NCBI GenBank assembly: GCA_002269645.1
Contig: NIVC01002962.1
Location: 39,559-103,558, forward strand
From: Macrostomum lignano
Lineage: Eukaryota
Reading direction: 5' to 3'
DNA length: 64,000 nt
The position numbers and the translations under genes are program-made. Of the stretch, positions 12,501 through 24,500 are shown piece by piece (positions within the stretch are counted from its first letter, which is position 1; each line of letters opens with the position of its first letter). The notes under the pieces were generated by a model. The model saw nothing but the letters and a program-made list of their open reading frames with translations, was not told where the DNA came from and did not search any database.

Positions 12501-15500
12501 GCAACAAGACGTGATATAAAATTCCAATCAGTCGCTTTATAGTCCTAGCTAGAATAAGACGCTTGTTATTGGCCTTCTTAGTCGGATCAACGTGCGCATG
12601 TTTCTGCTTTTGATCGCCCTTCTGCATCTTATTTAACTTGTCAATATTGTCGAATTGCTGCTGTAGCAGATTTAACAGTAGCACGGCAGCGTTGCGCGCG
12701 TCTCGATTCTGCATTTCCACCAGCTTTTTCTTGGCCTTGACCGCATCCGGTGGCAAATTGTTGCCTCCTTTGCCTTTCTTCTTTTTGGGCGGCGGTTCAA
12801 TTACAAATAAGCCGCGCTTGATGTACACGTCTACAGTGTCTAGTAGCGGTTGTAAAGGCGTCTTGTTAGCCACTTTGGCGCCAGTTTTCAGCGCGTGCAG
12901 CAGCACTCTAGTGGCTTCGGACGCATACGGCCCTGGGTCAGAGGCCGAGTTCTTGCCTTTCTTAGCCGCGGCGGCATTGTTATTAGCGTTGGCGCCGGGG
13001 TCCTCAGCCTCGTAGCCCGCATCGTAGTCTTGAGCTTGGGCCATCACAATCTGCGGATTATAACCGTCGGCAATCATCTCTTTGATACAATTTCGAACCT
13101 CTTCGTAGCGCACTCTGGTCTGCTGATAGCTGGCGTAATCTTCGGCGATTTCCATTAACGATTTCGTGCCAATCATTCGAGCACCGTGCGGCAGGTTATC
13201 CACTTCGATTAGTCCGGTTTGAACGCGTTGATTTTCATTTTTCGGATTAACAATCGACATTGGCAAGCGTTGGAATTTGTAAAACGCCGGATCAAAAGTC
13301 ATGTTATGTACGAGGCGAGCTAGCGGCAACAATGGTCGTTCGTTCATCAGCCACAGACAGTAATCTAACCAGTCCGTGAAGTAGTAGGCTCGACGTTCGT
13401 ATCTCCGTCTTGCTGGCATGCAGATTGGCTCTAGTGCCTCCCACTTGTTCATTAGCATGTCGGGCACGTATTCGTAGCAACCGCTTCGTAGAACGATCAC
13501 CGACAGCGGGTAGGCGTGAAAATCTCCAGTGACCGTGTCTTGGACGTGAGTGGCGTACTGCGGCTCCTTCAACGTGTAAAGCGCATCTCCTATGGGATCT
13601 CGATAAGCCAGAGCCATTTTCACCACGTCGACCTGTGATTATTGGGGAATTGCAGTTGTGAATATTTTAATTTAGACTTTGATATCGAGTTAGTTACCTG
13701 TGTTAACAACTATTCAATTATCGTGAGTGTCAATAATGACCTACTTGTCAATAAGTTTATTTCCATGACACCCCATTCTCTCTATCTTATGCTCCTCGAT
13801 TCAATAGATGATTAAATTTAAGTTTTAAAAAGAGACTTACACTCTTCAGATAGAAGGCCATTCCGAGCACAGTTAGATAGATAATCGCCTGCTTGTGAAA
13901 CAGACTGTTAGCAGATGGATCGGCGCTATTGTACATTTGGGGATGGTCTAACAGTTGAAAATAGCTAGTCTTGAACGCTTCCGGTTTCAACTCCATCTTG
14001 CGTCTGATCCGATCAACGTCTTGATTTTTTAGCATGGACGCTAGCCAGCGGGTATTAGGATGATCTAGAGTATAGTACTTCGGTATGGCATAATAGAAGC
14101 ACGTGTCCAAACCGTACAATGGATCCAAATAGGCCGATGGCGTTGGAAGCTTCACCATTTCTTTAATTAGTTGCTTAGCACTTAGCTAGCTAGACTGAGC
14201 GTGTAGTTGAGCTTCTGCACGAGTAGTTAAGTGCCGCAAGATTAGTTAAAGAGAAGATGGGTGGACCTGGCTCGATCGCATTTTAGTGCCATAGACTATT
14301 AATTTTCTGACCTTTGTGAGTTGTCAGTTTGATAGTTTTTGTTATTTAGTCGATAAATTTGTTAATTCCATAATTTTTTGTTTTCAGTTTTTCATCAAAG
14401 CCAACGACGTGAAAACTAAGAAACGTTCGGGCCTGATGCAGTATTTGATTGACTATTATACTGCTCAGATGATGTGAGAGTTTTCTCTGTTTAATTGATT
14501 GCATTTCTGGGTGATTTGAACAACTTGCTCTTTCTGAACTTAAAAAACAACCATTCTTAGCTTCATCTATACTATATGATTATATTATTCAGAGAATGTT
14601 AGGGATATGCTATCCATCAGGAATCTACCCTTCTTTTCATATAATTTCTAACATTCTATCCGTCTAATATCTACCATTCTATCCTTCTGATATTTAGCAT
14701 TCTATCCGTCTAATATCTACCATTTTATCCTTCTAATATTTAGCATTCTATCCGTCTAATATCTACCATTCTATCCTTCTGATATTTAGCATTCTATCCG
14801 TCTAATATCTACCATTCTATCCTAATATCTACCATTCTATCCGTCTAATATCTACCATTTTATCCTTCTAATATTTAGCATTCTATCCGTCAAATATCTA
14901 CCATTTTATCCTTCTAATATTTACCATTCTATCCGTCTAATATCTACCATTTTACCAGGGTATCCTTCTAATATTTACCCATTCTATCATAATATCTACC
15001 ATTCTATCCTTCTAATATTTACCATTCTATCCGTCAAATATCTACCATTCTATCCTTCTAATATTTACCCATTCTATCATAATATCTACCATTCTATCCT
15101 TCTAATATTTACCATTCTATCCGTCTAATATCTACCATTCTATCCTTCTAATATACTTTATCATTCTATCCTAATATCTCTCTTCTATCCTTTAGGGATC
15201 CTTTTTCTATCCATCACGGATCTACCATTCTATCCTTCAGGATCAACCATTCTATCCTTCAGGGATCTACCATTCTATCTCTCAGAAATCTACCATTCCA
15301 TTCTTCAGGGATATACCATTCTATCCTTCAGGATCTACCATTCTATCCTTCAGGATCTACCATTCTATCCTTCAGGATCTACCATTCTATCCTTCACGAT
15401 CTACCATTCTATCCTTCAGGGATCTAACATTCTATCCTTCTGGATCTACCATTCTACCCTTCAGGGATCTACCATTCTATCCTTTAGGATCTACCATTCT

Positions 15501-18500
15501 ATCCTTCAGGATCTACCATTCTTTCCTTCAGGGATCTACCATTCTATCCTTTAGGATCTACCATTCTATCCTTCAGGATCTACCATTATATTAGTGACGC
15601 AAATATTCCAATTCAGCATATTTGCAGTGAATTTACACAATGTCAAATTATTATCAAACCTTAAAGGTACTTCGAAGAGTCGGTGAAAACTCTCAAACAC
15701 CTTGGCTGCTACATGCAAGACATGGTCGGCACTGTTGAAGAGTTACGCAGCGAGCAAGACGAAGAGAGGCGAACTCTGGTACGACTGAGAGACGAACTCA
15801 GGACCGCCATGGCCGAGAAAGAGGTAAATAATTTCTCTTTGAGACTTTGCTCGTAAGCGATTACATTAACGATATGTTGCGTAAAAAACTTAATTACAGA
15901 CGCATATCTTCGGTTTTTTTAATTCTAGTTTAAAAAGAGGTTTGTTTATCTACTTGTATATAAGACTGAATTGCCTGCTTTGATTGGTCAAGATAATAAT
16001 TCAAAATTGAAATAAATATAGAGATAAAATCGTACAAAATAGTGATAATTATGATTTATGAGCACAGGAATATCATATGCGACATTTTTACAATGTCAAT
16101 ATGTGAATACAATCGCTAAATGATGATTGCGTTGACTGGTTTCAACTTTTCTTACTGACGATTTTTCTGGCATTCTTTGGCAACAATTAACAAAGTATGT
16201 TTTTAATGATAAATTAGCCATTTATAAAAAATTGCTTGAAGTATGTTATGTATGCTGAAGTTTTTAATTGTGCTCATTTTATTTTATTATTTTCAAATCA
16301 AAATCAGCTGACTAGCCATCCCAGGAGAATGTCGTCGGTAAGACAATAACAGATTAATTATTTATTAGTATTTTTGTTATTTTGTTTTTTTAACGTCGTT
16401 GTAACTGTGGAAATTTCGTAGCCGTGTGCTTGTCCGTTACTATTTTTAGAAACTCTCTAAGCTGTAAAGTACATTTTCCAGGTCGTTTATGCTATTATCT
16501 GCATGGAATATCTACTATGATATCAATGCCTTATAATAAGCCACGTGACTTCTAAGCTATTTGAAGGGTTATTCTTTTTGAATAGATAGGAATAGAAGAG
16601 CGTAGGCAACGCCCAAAATATGCTGAATAATGAAGCTGTTAGGATGTACTTTATCTACCCGTTCTCTTCAATTATGTCATATCTGTCGTCTTTGTTATCT
16701 TTTTGTAGTTTTTATGCTATTGTATTTTTTTGTTTTAAAACAATCATATTTTGTGTTTCTGAAAGCCCAATTAGTTAGTATCGTAGATAGCCTTATCGTT
16801 TCTTTTTATTAGATACAAAAACCTTGGTGCCAACCCCATAAATGCCAAAAATACTGATTTTAAACTCAATTAAATCCAAAGTACACACGCCAAAAGCCAA
16901 TCCCCAAAGCCCCGTTCCAAATGTACACATGCCTGAAGCCAACCCCCGAACTCCCGTCCCCAATGTACACAATGTACACACGCCTGAAGCCAACTCCCCG
17001 AACCCCCATCCCCAATGTACACACGCCTGAAGGCAACCCCCGGAACCCCCGTCCCCAATGTACACACGCCTGAAGCCAACCCCCCGAACTCCCATCCCCA
17101 ATGTACACACGCCTGAAGCCAACCCCCGAACCCCGTCCCCAATGTACACACGCCTGAAGGCAACCCCCGGAACCCCCGTCCCCAATGTACACACGCCTGA
17201 AGCCAACCCCCGAACTCCCATCCCCAATGTACACACGCCTGAAGCCAACCCCCGAACCCCGTCCCCAATGTACACACGCCTGAAGCCAACCCCCCGAACT
17301 CCCATCCCCAATGTACACACGCCTGAAGGCAACCCCCGGAACCCCCGTCCCCAATATACACACGCCTGAAGCCAACCCCCCGAACCCCCGTCCCCAATGT
17401 ACACACGCCTGAAGCCAACCCCCCGAACCCCCGTCCCCAATGTACACACGCCTGAAGCCAACCCCCGAACTCCCATCCCCAATATACACACGCCTGAAGC
17501 CAACCCCCCGAACCCCCGTCCCCAATGTACACACGCCTGAAGCCAACCCCCCGAACCCCGTCCCCAATGTACACACGCCTGAAGCCAACCCCCGAACTCC
17601 CATCCCCAATGTACACACGCCTGAAGCCAACCCCCCGAACCCCCGTCCCCAATGTACACACGCCTGAAGCCAACCCCCCGAACCCCCGTCCCCAATGTAC
17701 ACACGCCTGAAGCCAACCCCCGAACTCCCATCCCCAATGTACACACGCCTGAAGCCAACCCCCCCCGAACTCCCGTCCCCAATGTACACACACCCCGAAG
17801 CCAATCCCCTGAACCCCCTTCCCCAATATACACACGCCTGAAGCCAACTCTCTATTTAATATGCAAATCTTTTCTTTTCTACATTAAAGACAGTCGGTGT
17901 TCTCACCTCTGGCGGCTCGTTCTCCCTATCTGGCGTTGGCAACACCGTCGCCTCCTCAGCCGGTGGTGGCGCCGTTGGCGCTGCGTCTGGCTCTGCGGCT
18001 GCCGCAGCACCGGGTGGCACGGCGAATTCCGCTTCATCGTCCTCCGGGGCGGGCTACTCTCTTCATCAGAGTCAGGGTAACCGGGCCCACGGCACCTGCA
18101 AAATCGGCTACCTAATGAAACGATCCGAAGGCAAAGTGAAGCGAGTCTGGCAGAAACGACGCGCCACCGTAGACGAAGACAGATTCCTGTTGTACCACGC
18201 CGACGAATCGAAGCCGCCAGTGTCGCTATTGCTGCTCACCTGTCAGGTGCGACAATCGCCCGAGGATCGAAGCAAACGCGCCTTCCGTTTGATATCGAAT
18301 AATCGGACATATTATTTCCAGTGCGACTCAGGGCCAGAGGCCGAGCACTGGGTATCCGTGCTGAATAATGCCAAAGAGAAAGTCTTCCAGGCTGCCATGG
18401 GCGCGCCTCTGTCTAGCGGAGCCGGCGTCGATGGCTCTGACGGAGTCAGCAATCCGTCGGAGAATTTAAGGGCCGCTATAATTAGAGAGATTCGCAATCT

Positions 18501-21500
18501 GCCAGGGAATAATGTCTGTGCCGACTGCTGCGCGCCTGGTTAGTGGCTTTTTTTCTAGGGATTTCCTGTAGGATTCTCCATAGGATTCCCCATCGGAATT
18601 ATTCATAGGATTCCCATCGGGATTCCCCATAGGATTCCCCATAGGATTACCAACGGAATTCCCCATAGGATTCCCCATCGAAATTACTCATAGTATTCCC
18701 CATAGGATTCCCAACGGGATTCCTCAAAGGATTGCTAACGGGATTCCCCATAGGATTCCAATCTGGATTCCCCATAGGATTCCAATCTGGATTCCCCATA
18801 GGATTCCTAACGGGTTTCCTCATAGGATTCCCAACGGGGTTCCTCATAGGATTGTTTCCTCATAGGATTCAAAACAGGGTTCCTTATAGGATTTCCATCG
18901 GGATTCCCCATAGGATTCCCAACGGGTTTCCTCATAGGATTCCCAACGGGGTTCCTCATAGGATTTCCATCGGGATTCTCCATAGGATTCCCATCTGGAT
19001 TCTCCGATTCTATGTAATCCCTTTAACTTTCTGTTTTGATTCCACCTCGCCGCTGGGCTGTATCAACTCTTCTAGCTGTCATACTACCCTCTTTGCCGCC
19101 CTATCAGATCCGGAATGGATGAGCACAAACCTAGGCGTGCTAATCTGTCTGGAGTGCTGCGGCATACACAGAGACCTCGGCGTGCACATCAGCCGCACAC
19201 AGTCGCTGGTGATGGACGATCTGACCACTGCCCAGCTGCTGGTCAGTCGGTTTGTCGGCAACAAAATGTTCAACGAAGTATTCGAAGCTGTTATGCCCGA
19301 GAACGTGAAACCGCGGGCAGCTCTCAATAATTCTGTGGATTTGTAAGTTTTCTTTACTTAATAATGCACCCTTGATTTCACCTCTGGCGCTAAATTGTCG
19401 CTAAAGTCTCATCTATGGCGCTAAATTAGCTCCAAATTCCCACTTGTGGTGCTAATTTGGCGCTAAAGTCTCATCTGTGGCGCTAATTTGGCGCTAAAGT
19501 CTCATCTGTGGTGCTAAATTGGCGCTAAAGTATCATCTGAGCGCTTATTTGGCGCTAAAGTCTCATCTGTGACGCTAAACTCTTATCTTTGGCGCTAAAA
19601 TATTACCGGGACTCAGCCCTTCCCCTCCTAGCCAGAAATAGTTCACTTCATAGCACTGCCTTCACCCCCACCCCCGCCTCGTATCCTCAGGCAACAGCTG
19701 ATGGACACTCGCAAAATATTCATCCGCGTCAAGTACGTCGACAGGTGCTACGTATTTCGCACCGTAGAGACCAGCTCAGACTCGCCCGACTCTGTTGAAG
19801 GCCTACAATCGTTGAAAAGCGACTTATTAAAAGCTGTCCGGCATCAGAACATGCCGCTACTGTTACAGGCATTCGCAGAAGGCTGCGATCTGCTGGCTCA
19901 GTATAGTAACGGCGAAACGGCTGTGCACATCCTGCTCAGAGAAGGCGACGAGTCCATCTGCCTAGCTATTGTAGATTTCATATTGCAGAACTCCCCAGCT
20001 AGCGCTTTGAAACGGGCCACCGTGTCAACTGGGGAGACCCTGTTGCACTACTGTGTCAATTATAACCGGCCAGATTGTTTAAAACTGTGTTTGAGAACTT
20101 CTCTGTCGGCTAGCGCTGTTGCTAGGAACCATGCCGGCCTGACTGCGGCAGATATCTGCAAGCAGCTCAGCTTCCCCATTTGCGCCGATCTGGTCAGTGT
20201 TTTGAGTCCTTTTGAGTAGCTTTTTGTGACGTCTAAATGTAGAAAGAAACTAGTGGAAGAGCTGTGAGAAGGTTAAGGCTTTTAGAGGGAGAGCTATGGG
20301 AATGTTAAGGCTTAGAGTGGGAGAACTAATAGAAGGCTAATGCTTACAGTGAGAGAACTAATAGAAGGCTAATGCTTACAGTGAGAGAACTAATAGAAGG
20401 CTAATGCTAACAGTGAGAGAACTAATGGAAGGCTAATGCTAACAGTGAGAGAACTAATGGAAGGCTAATGCTTACAGTGAGAGAACTAATGGAAGGCTGA
20501 TGCTTACAGTGAGAGAACTAATGAAAGGCTGATGCTTACAGTGAGAGAACTAATGGAAGGCTAATGCTTACAGTGGGAGAACTAATGGAAGGCTAATGCT
20601 TACAGTGAGAGAACTAATATAGAATACTAATGCTTACAGTGGGAGAACTAATGGAAGGCTAATGCTAACAGTGAGAGAACTAATGTAAGGCTAATGCTTA
20701 CAGTGAGAGAACTAATAGAAGGCTAATGCTAACAGTGAGAGAACTAATAGAAGGCTAATGCTTACAGTGAGAGAACTAATAGAAGGCTAATGCTTACAGT
20801 GAGAGAACTAATGGAAGGCTAATGCTTACAGTGAGAGAACTAATGGAAGGCTAATGCTTACAGTGAGAGAACTAATGGAAGGCTAATGCTTACAGTGAGA
20901 GAACTAATATAGAATACTAATGCTTACAGTGAGAGAACTAATGGAAGGCTAATGCTTACAGTGAGAGAACTAATATAGAATACTAATGCTTACAGTGAGA
21001 GAACTAATAGAAGGCTAATGCTTACAGTGAGAGAACTAATAGAAGGCTAATGCTAACAGTGAGAGAACTAATGGAAGGCTAATGCTAACAGTGAGAGAAC
21101 TAATAGAAGGCTAATGCTAACAGTGAGAGAACTAATGGAAGGCTAATGCTTACAGTGAGAGAACTATTGGAAGACTAATGCTTACAGTGAGAGAACTAAT
21201 GGAAGGCTAATGGTTACAGTGAGAGAACTAATGGAAGGCTAATGCTTACATTAAGAGAACTAATGGACGGCTAATGCTTACAGTGAGAGAACTAATCGAA
21301 GGCTAATGCTTACAGTGAGAGAACTAATGGAATGTTAAGGCTTAGAGTGGGAGAACTAATAGAAGGCTAATGCTTACGGTGAGAGAACTAATGGAAGGCT
21401 GATGCTTACAGTGAGAGAACTATTGGAAGACTAATGCTTACAGTGAGAGAACTAATGGAAGGCTAATGGTTACAGTGAGAGAACTAATGGAAGGCTAATG

Positions 21501-24500
21501 CTTACAGTGAGAGAACTAATGGAAGGCTAATGCTTACAGTGAGAGAACTATTGGAAGACTAATGCTTACAGTGAGAGAACTAATGGAAGGCTAATGGTTA
21601 CAGTGAGAGAACTAATGGAAGGCTAATGCTTACAGTGAGAGAACTAATGGAAGGCTAATGCTTACAGTGAGAGAACTATTGGAAGACTAATGCTTACAGT
21701 GAGAGAACTAATGGAAGGCTAATGGTTACAGTGAGAGAACTAATGGAAGGCTAATGCTTACAGTGAGAGAACTAATGGAAGGCTAATGCTTACAGTGAGA
21801 GAACTAATGGAGAGCTAATGCTTTCGAGCTCCTACAATGAGAAAGTAAGTTATAAAGTTAAGGCTAAGGACAGAGTAGTTTAGTTTAGGTTAGAAGCTGG
21901 TCTCTTGATGAGCAAAACCCGATACCCAGCATAACAAGAATTGCATTTCGCTATTTTATTTTCACAGCTTCGCTCGCTAGAGAACGGCAACACCGCCATA
22001 TTCGAAAACGTGACCAATTTCGAATGGCGCCTATCCGGCGCCGGCGGAGTCAGCGGCGCCGACGATATGTACCCTTCGGCCGATTATTTCTCCGACGATG
22101 AGACCGCGTCCACCGGCGCTGGAGCCGCCGCCGCCGTAGTGCCTGACGACTTCCCCCAGCTACGCACGCTGACCTCGTCGTCGGGAGCATCTGGAGGCGG
22201 TGTCGGCGGCGGCGGCTCAGCCACTCTGGCAGGCGTAGGCGGTGGTGGCAGCGGTCGGCGGCGCGGCTGGTCCTACTACCCGTCGCCTAGTAAGTCGGTT
22301 ACGTCGACACCGAAAGCGACGCCGACGATGTCGTCTGCCTCGCCCATGCAGCAGCAGTCATCCGCTGCCTCAACGGCGCCCGCTGGTAGCTACGGCAGCG
22401 GATTCGTCACTTTACCGCGTCGGCCAAGCAAAGTTAAAAAGGCGCCGCCTCCGCCGCAGCAGCCGCCACCACCTTCGACATCTTCGACGGCCGCCGCAGC
22501 CGCCGCCGCCGCTAATGCTTCGTCAATGTCGATGTCGCTGTACGGATCCGAGTCGATTTTCAAGTCGCCTCTGCCGGCCAACCCCAGTCGATCGGCTACG
22601 GCATCAGCGTCTAACGGCGGCTCCGACGCGTCAACGCATCGGCAACTACGTCGGGCCGGCTCGTACGACAATATCGACGTTATCATCGACGCCCTGATGG
22701 AGGATCCAGCCGGGGAGAACGACAACGAGGACGATGTCGATAATGGCGAAGGAGATCGACGGCGGAAGCGGCAGCCGCAGCCGCACCCGAGGCACACGCT
22801 GCACAAGGCTGTGCCGGACTCCGACAGGACGAGCGGCGGCGGCGTCGGCGGACACAGCGACGCCAATCGCAACTGGTCGAGTCCGAAGGTGGCCCCGGCG
22901 GCTGTGAAGTACAAGCCGGCTTTGTCGAGTGTGCAACCCCAGCAGCAGCAACAGCAGCAGCAAAAGCAACAACAACAACCTGCGCCTCCGAAACGAGCTC
23001 CGAAGCCAAAGATTGACAAGTCTTTATTACTGAATTCTTCCAGTTCTAGCAGACAGTCGCAGGCAAAGCCGCAACAACAACAGCCGACGCAGCAACAGAA
23101 AGCAACATCCGGAGGTGTTGGTCATTCGGCGCCCATTGCCTCTAGCGATTCTGACGCTGAATCTGCCCGGCAGAGCAGCCTGCCGTCGTCTCCGCAGCAG
23201 GCGCAACGCCCAGCTGCTGCTGCTGCTAAGTCGACCCCTGCCGAGGTAAAATTTAGGATTTTTCAAGCTAATTTTAGGATTAGCTACTGTGCCATCCCTA
23301 TTAGCTACTGTGCCATCCCTATTAGCTACTGTGCCATCTCTATTAGCTACTGTGCCATCCCTATTAGCTACTGTGCCATCCCTATTAGCTACTGTGCCAT
23401 CTCTATTAGCTACTGTGCCATCTCTATTAGCTACTGTGCCATCCCTATTAGCTACTGTGCCATCCCTATTAGCTACTGTGCCATCCCTATTAGCTACTGT
23501 GCCATCCCTATTAGCTACTGTGCCATCTCTATTAGCTACTGTCCCATCCCTATTAGCTACTGTGCCATCTCTATTAGCTACTGTGCCATCTCTATTAGCT
23601 ACTGTGCCATCTCTATTAGCTGCTGTGCCATCTCTATTAGCTACTGTGCCATCTCTATTAGCTACTGTGCCATCTCTATTAGCTACTGTCCCATCTCTAT
23701 TAGTTACTGTGCTATCCCTATTAGCTACTGTGCCATCTCTATTAGCTACTGTGCCATCCATATTAGCTACTGTCCCATCTCTATTAGCTGCTGTGCCATC
23801 TCTATTAGCTGCTGTCCCATCTCTATTAGCTACTGTCCCATCTCTATTAGCTGCTGTGCCATCTCTATTAGCTACTGTCCCATCTCTATTAGCTACTGTC
23901 CCATCTCTATTAGCTGCTGTGCCATCTCTATTAGCTACTGTGCCATCTCTATTAGCTGATGTGCCATCTCTATTAGCTACTGTCCCATCTCTATTAGCTA
24001 CTGTCCCATCTCTATTAGCTACTGTCCCATCTCTATTAGCTACTGTCCCATCTCTATTAGCTGCTGTGCCATCTCTATTAGCTACTGTCCCATCTCTATT
24101 AGCTGCTGTGCCATCTCTATTAGCTACTGTCCCATCTCTATTAGCTACTGTCCCATCTCTATTAGCTGCTGTGCCATCTCTATTAGCTACTGTGCCATCT
24201 CTATTAGCTACTGTCCCATCTCTATTAGCTGCTGTGCCATCTCTATTAGCTACTGTCCCATCTCTATTAGCTACTGTCCCATCTCTATTAGCTACTGTCC
24301 CATCTCTATTAGCTACTGTCCCATCTCTATTAGCTGCTGTGCCATCTCTATTAGCTACTGTGCCATCTCTATTAGCTACTGTCCCATCTCTATTAGCTGC
24401 TGTGCCATCTCTATTAGCTACTGTCCCATCTCTATTAGCTACTGTGCCATCTCTATTAGCTACTGTGCCATCTCTATTAGCTACTGTCCCATCTCTATTA

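Noticed and set aside
16793-17847. Three overlapping 310-350-aa Gly-rich minus-strand ORFs
   Set aside because: All three frames are open because the G-rich minisatellite lacks stops.
20320-21822. CRISPR-like arrays (30-37-bp repeats here and at 25601, 37561, 50915, 55891)
   Set aside because: Units are contiguous with no unique spacers, there are no cas genes, and the context is eukaryotic.
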